Assembly: GCF_006345805.1 (NCBI RefSeq)
Contig: NC_042998.1
Span: 177,320,001-177,384,000, forward strand
Length of the DNA: 64,000 bases
DNA from: Octopus sinensis
Taxonomy: Eukaryota
Direction: 5' to 3'
Below are positions 25,641-39,500 of the stretch, in pieces. The position numbers were made by a program, and so were the translations under genes. The notes under the pieces were generated by a model. It was not told the DNA's origin, made no database searches, and saw only the letters and a program-made list of their open reading frames with translations. The first letter of the stretch is position 1; every line of letters begins with the position of its first letter.

Positions 25641-28473
25641 CTAGAGAGAGTTATAAAAAAGAAAACTGACTTTATATTTACTGAATGAGACATTAAAAGA
25701 TGATGATGATGAAGATGATGAAGATGGTGCATGAGAGGTCCAAAGAGAGAAAGAGAGCTACTATATATAAAAATCCTCCAGATTGGATACATTAAATATT
25801 TAAATTGTAGGTCATGATTTCTGCAATAAATGCAATTTGTTTTCCATTGCTATCATTAATTTTTTTTTTCTAAGATAATATTCAATATTCAGGATGGAAG
25901 ACATTTATCTCAATAAAAAATGTGCCAGTCTCATTAATAGCATCATTCTACATGCAAGGGGCCATGGAAAGATTCAGGCAAGAAATATCCTTGCAAGAGC
26001 ATATCTGAAAATGAGGTAATTTGAGAACGAAGCAAAGTGAATGAAATGATCATAGAATACCAAAAGCAAAAGTTCCACTGGACCAGATACGTTGCAAGGT
26101 TCACAGACAATAGGTGGACCTGTGAAGATGCCAAAATAGTATCCAAGACATTAGAAAAAGGTCACTCGGAAAGCCTTTACAATGATGAGGAGATGGCTTA
26201 GTTAAACGATTTAGGCCAAGATAGAAAAGAAGGGTTCAGTCAAGAAAGAACTGGAAGTACATAGTGACCATACAGTAGGCTGGTCAATACATTAAAACAC
26301 CAAGAAGTAACTATATTATAGTTATATTACTCTCTTTTACTCTTTTACTTGTTTCAGTCATTTGACTGTGGCCATGCTGGAGCACTGCCTTTAGTTGAGC
26401 AAATCGACCCCGGGACTTATTCTTTGTAAGCCCAGTACTTATTCTATTGGTCACTTTTGCCAAACCACTAAGTGACGGGGACGTAAACACACCAGCATCG
26501 GTTGTTAAGCAATGCTAGAGGGACAAACACAGACACACAAACATATACACACGCATACATACATATATATATACATATATATATATACATATACACAACA
26601 GGCTTCTTTCAGTTTCTGTCTACCAAATCCACTCACAAGGCTTTGGTCGGCCCGAGGCTATAGCAGAAGACACCTGCCCAAGATGCCACGCAGTGGGACT
26701 GAACCCGGAACGATGTGATTGGTTAGCAAACTACTTACCACACAGCCACTCCTGACATTATATATCAAATTTTGTTAAATCCTAGTGTTACATGTAATTT
26801 TTCTTAAATGACAAGCAAAAATGAACACCAGAGGGTTATGCAATAACAAATTGCTGAATACACCGACATCAAGCATCTAAGTTCAATTCTGTCAATGTTC
26901 TGTACCAGGTTGACTTCAACCCAATAACCCAAGAATAGACAGAACATGGACATTTCCACCTAAACATTCTCATAAAACTCACCCTTCAGTAGTAGTAGTA
27001 GTAATTTGTTCTGATGCTGTATTTACAATGGGATTTTCTTCTGAAGTCGTCTCAGCACCAGGTGAAGGAATATTTTGTACACTATTTCCTGACTCTTCCT
27101 CTGTAGCTTTACTAGCTGCCGCATCATCATCCTTATCCTCACTGACAGATTGTTCATGTTTGTCACTAGCACCATCTTCCAATGTGGCGTCATGGGTGCT
27201 ATCGACATGCTGCGTTGTCACATGTAACTGTACAGCCTGCTCATCCACATCAGGTGACGGCAATGATGATGCATTCTTAGCATTATCACTGTCTTCCTGA
27301 ATCTGCATATGATATTTATATGTTGTTTCTGTAGAAATTATCCGCCCTGTGACAAAGAGAGAACAGAAAGTTTGTAAAGGTCATAATACAGTGGGGTAGT
27401 CACACAAGGATAATGATAAAGCAAAATATTCATGTAATTTTTTCATACATGAATTAAAATGAGCCACCAGCAACACATTAGTAATTAGCATTTTATAAAG
27501 TAAAAAAGCTTTGAAATTGTTATTCATCTTAATTAGTGAGTGAGGCCATTCTAAAAAAAGACAAAAAAATGACATAGCTAACATGAAATATGTGGGTATT
27601 GCTGAGAAAAGGCTGAGAAAGAAAATATATCTATAGAAATGAGTCCAGAGGAAATAGAATACTATCGATGACAGATCTTGAGAGATGTTGACGACTTCAA
27701 CAAAAGATTTTAGAAAGAAGAGAAGGCATAGATTTTGAAGTGTGAAAGAAATGAAAGTTGGTGACAACTTGGGAAAAGATAGTCAAAACATTTGTCATTG
27801 ATAATAGCAATGCTGTTAGATATATTCCCATATTCACATAAAAATGATCAAAAGATGTGACTAAACTATTGAAACTTCTTGTGTAATGTGATGGAAGCTT
27901 CTCCTATTCCCAAAGGTAGCATATTTTAGCAAGATCATATATGACAGTTCAAATGAATAGTTCCTTCTGTATGATAGTAGAGTTTGGCTAATCTTAATGT
28001 TACAGAGTCAAAGAGGCTGTAAAGGAGATGAAAATCTCTTTATTGAGATAAACTTTTATGAGGATAAGCATTCCACAGAAAATATCTGTGACAACCAGGA
28101 CAGTAAGGAAACTTTGTGATGATGATGATGATGGTGATAATGATGATGACGGCAGTGGTCAGTCACAATAACATAAATGATAATTTCACAGCAAAATTAA
28201 TCTTGTTAACTATTCAAATGGCAATGTATATGTGCACAGCTGTACAAGTGATATGTGTAAAGACAATATATACCTGAACTTAAATCAAAGGTCCTTCCCT
28301 TGAGTACTTCTTTTGGTGGAGGGGACCACCAATTCAGAAGGGAACCCACTAAAGGCACTTGTCGAAGGAGACCCTGAAATATATAATAAAAGTTTTATTT
28401 TTGCTTTTAATCAAACATTATTTCAATCAAGAAAATTATGGATATCTCTATCTCTGTGCGTGCATGTCTGTCT

Positions 28474-28515
<42 letters not shown>

Positions 28516-31500
28516 GTTCCCGATTGAAATGATGTTGAAATAAATAAAAAAAAGAAGTTCCAAGATGTCCCATCGACCACAGCAGAAATATTATATCCTA
28601 CAACATCTTGGGGGTCTCTGCCCCACCTCCACTTTCTCTGCCCTGTCTAGCACTTCCCCCACATCTCAATCCTTAACCTTCATCATCTCTGTATCTTTGA
28701 TACTACTTGGCTGTTCCATTCACCTGAGAGCAGAAGAGATACATTCTACATCCCCTGCCTTTTGGTTACCTTCCTCCTCTTCCCAACCAGAACCACTTCC
28801 ATTTCTTATTATCTTCCTATCTTCTTTGCTCAATATTTCCAGCAATCACCTACTTTTTGTGCATTCAGCCATTGCGACCTCTCTCTCTCTCTATCTATCC
28901 ATCCATCCATCCATCTATCTATCTCTTTTCTTACTGACTGCCATGTATCTCCCCTATTATATTTTTAAACCGCTCATCAATTGGCATTATTCCACCTCTC
29001 CCACTACTACACCCCTTACCAGTCTAGAGGTCTTTGTCTTGCAAATTACTTGGAGACCTTGCCAGTGCTGATGCCACAAAGAAAGTACTCAGTACACTAT
29101 GTTGTATGGTTGGCATTAGGGAGGGCATCTAGTCATAGAAACAATGCCAAAGCAGACAAAGCAGCTTGGTGCTGTTCTTGGGCTTACCAGCTTCAGTCAA
29201 ACCATCCAACCCATGCCAGTATGGAAAACAGACATCAAATTATAATGATGACAAATATATATATACAGGGTGTGATGGGTAAATTGTCACCATTTTATAT
29301 ATTTTTTAATTTTGCACATGCATGTTGTTTGTTTTTGATTTCGTCAACTAAACAGTATAGTATGGTCAGTTGGGCACCATCTGTGAGAAAAACAGAACCA
29401 TGAAACAATTTACTCTGCCAGAAAATTGGAAACGACATGCTGCACTGCTCAGCATTTGCACCGGAAGCTCCAATACGAACTGAGGACATGTACTGAGAGT
29501 GATAAAAATCAAACATCTTGTCAACATCATGGTGTTTGGAGTGATCACTAGTAATGGCGGCATTATGCCTCCATTCATTTTCCCACAAGGCCTCAGACTC
29601 AATACGGAGGCCTACATCAAGTGCCTGGAGGAGGTAGTCACTTACCAAAATACTCCAACCCCTAGCCACAGATGGATTGTTTTCTCTTTGCCTCTTTTAA
29701 CATTACTACAGTGAACTCACTCCTCAAACTCCAGTGAGACACACTCGACTCAGTTGATGCTCCCCTTCATTTTGTCACCCTCACATGGTACCACACTAAT
29801 TACTACAGCTATTTCTTCCTCAAGAATGTCAAAATCTCAGGAATGCCTTCCAAACCCATGTTTTATCCTGCAGCTGTCAATCTGCACTTCAAGAGGAACA
29901 CCAACTGCATCAATTTCTCTAATAATGGAAGGCCTCTGAAAGCCAAGGGTACAGTTCAAACCAAAAGAGAAAAAATTGTGCAGTATTCCAGCTGTAACAA
30001 TCTAGTCTTTATTGTGATAATGCTACTCTAAGAACTAGAACAAGTTAGAAGACTGAAAACCAGAAATATGTAGTAGAACATGTAGACAATAGTAACATTA
30101 AGCAAACACAATTTAATTTAGGAAGAACTAGTTAAACTTTTAAGGAATCATTACAACAACTTACTTCTTGTATAATACGTTCATGGTTTTCTCGTTGAAG
30201 ATCTTTGCTAGCTTCTTCTATTCCTTTTAAGATCCTTTCAGACATTGTTTCAAGAAACTAAAACAAAAAGAGAAACACAAAGTTTGACCTTAATTTCAAA
30301 TATTTTCGTTTCAATAGCTTTAGTGTCATGTTTTGATTATTTTTATATGAATATGTAAACTATACATAACATCATTGGTATTATGAATGTTAAAGGTTTT
30401 AACCATCTTTACTCAAATTGTTACCATCTTTCCTTTCTTTAATACTCCTTCAAATCTATAATCCGTCCCTTCCCAAAATCTTTTGTTGCAGTTATAAACA
30501 GCAGTGGTGCCCCAGCATGGCTGCAGCCTTCGGGCTAAAACATTTTTAAGGATTTAAGGATTTATATCTCAAGATCAGACCTCCATAGTATTCTGTTTCC
30601 TTCTAACACATTTCTATATATACATTTTCTTTATGAGCCTTCTCTCAGCAACTGCTTTTACTTTGTTATAGAGTCACTATGATAAGCTTGAACCAAAACC
30701 ACATAAGGCATTGAGAAAGAACAGTTAATTGAATCTTTTGTTTTAATGAGTTCACAGCCTCCATACATAACATTACGTTAGATATGATCTTCAACTAGAC
30801 ACATCAATATATTACTGTTCTCATAAGAAACAAAGAAGACTGTAAAATGGAATTAATCAGCTGTCAGTCAGTAATCATGAAGTGATAAAGAGACCACTCC
30901 TATAAATATCACCAGATATCAACTGGACTGGCTCACATCATATAGAGTGATCTACTTCGGATGGACTAGTGTACATTATACCAATATAGAGTACTTGAGA
31001 GGAAACGAATATCACTCTATAGATGATATTTAAGAACTGTTTCCATCATAGGCACAAGGTCACAAATTGGGAGGAGAGGTCAGTCACACAACTGGTAGTT
31101 TATTTATACCTAGCACACAATTGGTAGTTTATTTCATCAACCCCAGAATGATGAAAAGCAAAAGTGACCTTGGTGGAATTTGAACTCAGAAGATAAAAGA
31201 AGAAGAAATACTGCAAGGTACATTGATGCTCTAATAATCTGCTACCAGTGGATATCTAATAATACTAGCCTTGCCTTAAGTTGGGACCTCAATTCTTTGA
31301 TGGAGTTAGAGAGACACTGTCATATGTGACAAATCATGGGCATTTCCAGAACAGAGACCATCCATCCCTAGGCCTGGCTACAGGCAATTTGTGTGCATGT
31401 GAGAGAGAGAGGGGGGTGAGAGAGAGTGAGAGAGAGGAGAGTGAAAGATAGGAGAGAGGGTGAGAGAGAGGAGAGTGAGTGAGAGAGAGGAGAGAGAGGG

Positions 31501-34500
31501 AGGGGAGAGAGAGTGAGAGAGAGGAGAGTGAAAGAGAGGAGAGAGGGTGAGAGAGAGAAGAGAGTGAGTGAGAGAGAGGAGAGAGAGGGAGGGGAGAGAG
31601 GTGAGAGAGAGGAGAGTGAGTGAGAGAGAGAGAGAGAGAGGGAGAGAGAGAGAGAGGGAGAGAGAGAGAGAGTGAAAGAGAGGAGAGAGGGTGAGAGAGA
31701 GAAGAGAGTGAGTGAGAGAGAGGGGAGAGAGGGTGAGAGAGAGGGGAGAGAGAGAGAGAGAAGGGGAGAGAGAAAGAAGGAGAGAGGGAGAGAGAGAGAG
31801 GGGAGAGAGGGTGAGAGAGAGAGGAAAGAGAGTGAGAGAAAGAGGAGAGTGAGAGAGAGGGGAGAGAGAGAGAGAGAGAAGGGGAGAGAGAAAGAAGGAG
31901 AGAGGGAGAGAGAGAGAGAAATGAATTGACTCCAGTACAGGACTGGTACATTATTTATCAATCTCAAATGGATTAAGAGAAAGTTGACCTACAAGCGATT
32001 TGGACTCAGAGAAGAGGGAGACCAGAAGGAAATGATTACTGTAAAAACAATCTATCTCAAGTCCCAATAGTTCTGCTAATCTGCCACATAAATAATATAA
32101 GCATGGACAATTGATTTTGAAGATACAGAAGGAAAATAAAGATAAATAAGAGATGATGATGGTGGCAGTAGCAGTGGCAATGACAACGATGACGCTATGT
32201 AAAAAGAAAAATATTCTAAGCAACTTTTAAAGTACCTTTTGACTACTCTATGTAAATCAAATAAGGAACTATGCCTTTGAATACCTTACAGATAACAGTT
32301 GAGTAACTTCACTGACATAACAATAGATACAGCCAATCAAAAACATAATATCAATTAGTCACCATAAGTTAATATTCTCCACAGTACAGCAGTACTTATA
32401 ATATGATTTACCTTGGAAGATTCTTCAAGCTGTTTTCCTACAGTTTCTACCAGAGAAACTAATTCTTCGATTTCTGTGTCTGCTGTGATAAGACCAAACT
32501 TCACACATGCAATGTTATCTGCACACTGTCCTAAATTAAAGAATAATAAGTTAATTATGGCAGCAAAAATTGCCAAATGAGGATCACAGAAATGCAATCA
32601 GACACACAGACAAAACTGTTAGGTTTTTACAGAATCAAAATGAAGAAAGCAGGTTAACAATACACGCGTTTGTATATGTGTGGGGCAGTTGCATGTATAC
32701 ATGCTAGCATGCAGGCACACACATGGGAACACTACACACATACAAACACATATACAAACTCATATATATACACACACACAGCTTTCCACTCAATCTACTG
32801 ATCTTGATTGACAACAAAAGGTCCATTTGCCTTTACCATGTCACAGTAAGCTCCCTCTGACAACTATACACCATCAGTGATAAAAAAAAACATGCAAATA
32901 TGTTGTATATTCTGTGACGTTTGTGTGTGTGAGTGTATCATGTAAGAATGGACTGACACTCGTCCGCCCTGTACCAATAATGGAGGAACAGACGTAGGAC
33001 ACAAAAAAATGAAAAACAAAAACATATATATATATTAAATTGAGATAGGGGTTGTAAATGCAACCCTCCATGGGATAACATATATCCAATATACTGCTAG
33101 TGAAGTACCCAACAAAGTTAATACATAAATGTTAATGATTGCGATGCAATCAATTCATTTACTGTATTATATGGGCAAAGGTAAAATGATTTACCACAAA
33201 TTACTAATACAAGATAAGAAAATGGAGAAATACATCTAAATCAAATAACAATTACCAGATAATACTCAAAGTATGTGATTGAGTATTATCTGGTAATTGT
33301 TATTTGATTTAGATGTATTTCTCCATTTTCTTATCTTATATATATATATATGACCATGATATTCACACCCAAAACGATGAGGTTACTGGAGTTCTGTGAT
33401 GCATGTAACCTTTTAATCTGCAACACTAACTTCAGGAAGCCAGACAGCCACCTTATAAACCTATCACTCGGGAGACTCCGCTAGCCAGATTGATTTCATC
33501 CTCACCAGACAGTGGGACGCAGGGTTGCTCTTAAATACAAAGACCCTCCCAGGTGAAGAATGTACCCCCCAGCATAGGCTAGTCATTAGTGACTTTAGTC
33601 TCGAGGCCAGATGGATACCAAGAAGCAGACCAATCCAAGAAAGAAGGATTTGGAAGCTAAAGAACCTTTCACATGGTCAGAGATTTAGGGACATCCTCAT
33701 CAAGAAATTTGAGGAGAGGGAGGAGGAGCTACAGATATCGGACATAGAAGGTAGCTGGAAATTCCTACAGGACAGCTTGCTGAGTGCCACAGACCAAGTC
33801 TGTGGCTGGTGCAAAGTCCCTTCCAGACCTAGAGTTACGTGGTGGTGGAATAGTATGGTAGACAAAGCCATTAGGGCAAAGAAACAGGCCTGGAAAGCCA
33901 GGAAGGATGGAGGTAGCAGGAACTGTACCAGGTAGCCAAAAAGGAGGCTGGGCAGCAGGTATACATAGCCAAGAGCGAAGTGGAAAAGAAGAAGTTTGCC
34001 AAAGTCCAGCAACATGAGGATCAAAGAACTGAGGTATTTTGGATTGCAAGACAGTATGTGAGAGGAAATTGTGATGTCAGAGGAGAGAAATGTGTCTGAA
34101 TGGATGATGGTGCACTTGCTTTTAATGATTTTGAAAACAAAGAGGCTTGGAGAAGCCATTATGAAAGACTGCTGAAGGTGGAGAATGAATGGGAGGAGGA
34201 GAGCCTGCCAAATGTTGACCCAGTAGAAGGACCAGCTATCCGTATAGACAGCTCCCTAGTAGATAAAGTATTTAAGGGTGTGAAGCCAGGAAAAGCCCCA
34301 GGCCCATCAGGAATCACTACTGAGATGCTTAAAACATCTGGTGGTGTGGGCTATGGCCTAGTCACCCACATTGTAAACCAGGTAGTTCATGATGGAGTCA
34401 TACCCAACAACTGGTGTAGCAGCACCATAATCAACTGCTACAAGGGTAAAGGTGATGCTCTAGATAGAAATAACTACAGGTGGGTGATGTGGAAACTGGA

Positions 34501-36491
34501 GATTGACGAATGATTAGTAAGGGCTGTACAGGCCCTTTACAGATAGGCCATTAGTAAGGTTAGGATTGGCAATGAGTACAGTGAAGAATTCCAGGTAGAA
34601 GTTGTTTTCCTTCATTAACATACCTGCTATCACCCTCAATGTCCTCACATATCAACTGCAACCCCAACCCTTAAGTCTCTCCTATATTTCGCTCCATCAT
34701 TTGGTAGTCACCTCATCTTGCCCACTTACCCAGTCCAAACATCTATATCACCCCCACATATTCTCACCACCCCAATATCCCTTAAGAGTATGTCCCAACA
34801 CATTTTTGCCATCATCCCTCTCACTATTGATCCCTGTATCTTACTCTATGACTCATTCTCCATTCTTTTTTCAAACTGGAACATCCATGTACCTAAAGGA
34901 TGACACCTATCTCTATCACTCTATACCTTTAATTTTTCAACTGCACAAAGCCACTCCCCTTCAAAACTACCCATCCCTGATGAGGAGTTTATGTCTTGCA
35001 AGGTACTTGGTGACTCTGCCAGTGCTGGTGCCACATAAAAAGCAATGGTGCTAGAGCCATGTAAAAAGCACCCAATACACTCTGTAAATGGTCAGCTGTA
35101 GAGACCATGCCGAAACAGACAATGGAGCATGGTGCAGCTACTGGCCTTGCCAGCTCTTGTCAAACTGCCCAGCCCATGCCAGCATGGAAAAATGGACATT
35201 AAATGATGATGATGATGACTGTCATTTACATGTAAGACTTAGTAGCATGTACCAAAGTTTTTGCTTACTGTTTCCTATGAAGTCTTGAAGCAGACACTGA
35301 CACCTTTTCAACCCTCCCTCCCACCCCTGAGTTAATGAAACATTAAAGATGTGAGAGAGGATGAAGAGGGGACTGAGTAGGCTGGAGCACATAATTCAAA
35401 ATGCCTTGCTCACAGACACAACACCACCACCCAATTCGTATGATCAAAAACCCAAAGCCACACCTTTATAAGTATATGCAAACTCATATACATACACATT
35501 AACACATACAGAGAAACACAAACATGCACATACATATATTACACCATCCATTTCAAGTTAATCTTAACAGTTTACATATAAGTGTATGTATGGGTGTGTA
35601 TATACACAAGGTGCAGTGAATATATTGTCATCTAAATTATGCGAAAATGAAAATAACACTGACAGCTCATTTTAACAGATATATTTACCAAAATTACATA
35701 AAAATATCTTGAAATACTAAAATGTAAATTCATACAATAAAATCGAAATTGGCTTCAACCAAGGCCTCCAGATGACTTTGGAATCTCCTGCAACTCTTCT
35801 GGACAGTCTCCTTGTTCATGTTGGTGAATGCTGCCATAATCCTTGCCTTCAGTACAACTTTGGTATTACAAGGAGTTTTGTTGGTCTCTCATTCAACTCT
35901 GCCCTACACATAATAATCAAGGGGGCTGCAGTCTGAGAAGTTGGATGGTCAGATGTCAGGGGTGATGTGGTCGCAGAAACTGCCTGACAGTCATGACTGT
36001 TTTCTCCTGTTTGTGTGGCATGGTGCAGAGTCTTGTCGCCAAACACAGGATCTTCTAGCACCCACATTCTTGATCCAGGGCACCACACATCCTCTACGCA
36101 CTTGATGTAGGCCTCTGTGTTGAGTCTGAGGCTGTGTGGGAAGATGAATGGAGGCATAACACTGCCATCACTAGTGACCACTCCAAACACCATGATGTTG
36201 GCTGGATGTTTGATTTTTACCACTCTCAGTACATATCCTCAGATTGCACTGTCCTCAAATTGACACCCAAACACTCTGAAATGTTTGTATTGGAGCTTCC
36301 GGCACAAATGCCAAGCAGTACAGCATGTTGTTTCCAAATCTCTAGCAAAGTGAAATGTGTCATGGTGCTGTTTTTCTCACAGACATCCCCAACCATCCCT
36401 ACTATACTGTGTAGTTGACAAAATCAAAAACAAACAATGTGCATGCATAAAATTAAAAATATAAAATAGCGACAATTTACTCATCACACCC

Positions 36492-36550
<59 letters not shown>

Positions 36551-39500
36551 ATATTAATAAAAGGAATTCCAACCTTGTCTGATTTTCCCGTTTTATTTAC
36601 AATCTTATAATGATATATTATAAGATAATATATTATAATTGAATAAAATAAAATGAAATAGTAGAATGTTAAATGTTCATTCTGATTGAACTAGTACTTT
36701 CATGCATTGAATTCTGCAATCTTCGGGTTCATGTAGTAGTGTTGACAGTCATGCTTCACAATTTTTGACTGTCAAAAATTGTGAAGCATGACTGTCAACA
36801 CTACTACATGAACCCGAAGATTGCAGAATTCAATGCATGAAAGTACTAGTTCAATCAGAATGAACATTTAACATTCTACTATTTCATTTTATTTTATTCA
36901 ATTATAATATATTATCTTATAATATATCATTATAAGATTGTAAATAAAACGGGAAAATCAGACAAGGTTGGAATTCCTTTTATTAATATATTCTTCTATA
37001 CACAATCACACACACCCATATATATATATATCTATATATATTGTATATATATACATTAAATGTTGTGTGTCTATTTGTTTCTTCATATGTATGATCATGT
37101 ATCAACATTATTATTACCGCATCTGTAACATTATGACATTATTGACCACAACATGCCAACCTAAATTAGATTCATAAAAAGTATTAACCATCTAAAGTGG
37201 CTTAAAATATATACACATATTTAAAACATGAAGTAAAAAAATAAGTGGTGTGGGAGGATGGTAAGAATGGGTCTGTAACCATAAACAATATATTTGCCAT
37301 TTAGATGATTGCTGTCAAAAAATTAACTCCTATATTTACCAAGTGAGAATGCACTGTCGGTAGATTTCAGTTTGTGAACCAGTTCAATATTTAATGTATT
37401 GATATCATTTTTTCCATTTTCTGGTAACTCTGCGAGTTTTTCTGTCCAGCTGGCTGGAATATATCTGTTTAAATGTAATACAGAAAAATGAAAATAATTA
37501 CTAATGTTTTCTTCATGTCAAAATAGTTATGAGAAAATGTTATCAGAAGCATGAATGATTGTTCCAAATAACAATTTGAGGGGGTTTTTGTTTGTTTTTT
37601 TTTTATGTATGGAACAATAAAATTTTTGCAAAAGACATTTTAAATGCTAAACAGATCCCAGATGACTTTAGTTTGACAAGATGTAATGTTATTGATGATG
37701 TTATGCAGCAGTCATTTGATTAAGGTCAAGGCACCAAAAATAAAAAAATATATAAAATGAAAAAAAGAAACAAACAATTGTATGCTTGATTTATTAATAA
37801 TATTAATTCAATATTCTTCATTCCCAGTGGGGGATTAGACTTTGATAATTGCCTGCAATTTATTCTAGTTTAGGGTCATATGTTGGACTCCAATGACCTA
37901 CAAAATCAATATAGTGGATATTGACTGACAGCAGTTAGCACTGAATGCCTTGTTCTCTGTATATCTACATAATTATGATGACAAGAGCACTTTGTAATAA
38001 AAATAATCTTTAAAACTACTTATAATTTCAAGAATAAACAAATTATATGCGATTTACTGAAAATTTCCAGGTGGTTTTTAGGACGTTTCAGGGAAAATTC
38101 CAAGAATGGTAAATAAAAGCGAAAACAATATCTCCAATTAAGAAAGGAAGTCTGACAAAGAGAAAAAAGAAAAAAAAATGTACCTTATGGCACCTAAACC
38201 AGCGTAGCCTTCCATTTCAATCAACATCAAATTTTCACAATTAGCAACAATATTTCGAAACTGTTTTCTATGTGACACAGTAGCATCAAGAATGGCCTGT
38301 GGTAGACAGGAAAGACATTTACAATTAATAGTAATGAAAGAGAAATGGGATCAAAACATCAGGCAACAATACAATATAAAAGTTTACAGTTAATGAAATT
38401 TTTGCCTCTAACCTTTACTACATGGGAACTCAGTATATTTGGTTGTATGTGTGTGCGTGTGTGTGGTTGAAATACAGGAACCAAGTTTTTTATAGTGAAA
38501 TACTTTGCAGAATTCTCCCCTTTTCATATGACCTAGTTATTATTTGTATACATAACTTGGGGGTGTTATGTACACAATTCAGTCAATTTTAATAATTCAG
38601 CATTTGCACATTCGCACACAAAAATTTAATCAGCACAATGAGGGTTAATCTCCTTGGAGTAAACAAATTAAACAAATTATAAACCAATAAGAGAAGAGTA
38701 TCCTTGATCTTCTTCACTGCTTGTGAAAAGAAGTGGATACAGTTTCTGACACTAACAGTTTATAATAAATATTATAATATAAGAATTGGAAAAAATATCA
38801 CGAATGCTAATTAAAATTTACTTTTTTTACTAATGACTTTTTTTTTTATAATTTCAGTATTTGTACTTTTGTTGGGGGGGCCACTGACAATCACTAACCA
38901 CTAACAGAAGAGTAGGCTTAGAAACTGTTAGTAAGCCAGCAATCTAATGCAAGTAGAATTTATTCAGGAATACAATACAACAGCTGTAAAAGTAAGACTG
39001 AACCAATGATAGAGACATCCATTCTTTAACCTTACTGTCAGCATAATTCATGAGGATAAACTGTTCCAGGGTAGATTATCAACTATCATTATAAGATTAC
39101 CCACTCCCAATGCTTGCTTTTGGTTTTGTTATTGTTGAAAATGCATGTATCAGAGAAAATTATAACTTTAACACCCTAACAGATGCTTCAACAATTTCTA
39201 TTCACTATTCTCTCAATCAAGAAAGCTACTTTTTGTTATTCTATGTACTTTTTCCTCTGTCACTACTGTCATTATGATCTTGAAAATTGGGCAGAAAGGA
39301 AATACATAGCCAAAGCTGCATAACAGTTAGGTGATGTAGGCAAACTACATTTACAGGGGAATTTGGATGCATATCTATGGTTATTCGTATGTTAAAAAAA
39401 ATATCTAGATGGATAAGACTTCTTGGAATTGGATAATTTGAAACAAATTGTTTTACAAAATGGGTTGAAACACTAATTTAGTGATCCTCGAGATTTGGAT

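Noticed and set aside
27028-27300. Plus-strand 90-aa ORF
   Set aside because: Antisense shadow of the PDXDC1 acidic exon.
28565-29403. 168-aa and 140-aa plus-strand ORFs
   Set aside because: Low-complexity intronic text plus SINE-C and maT-like fragments. No recognisable domain or splice context.
33677-34159. 160-aa minus-strand ORF
   Set aside because: Antisense to the RTE fragment.
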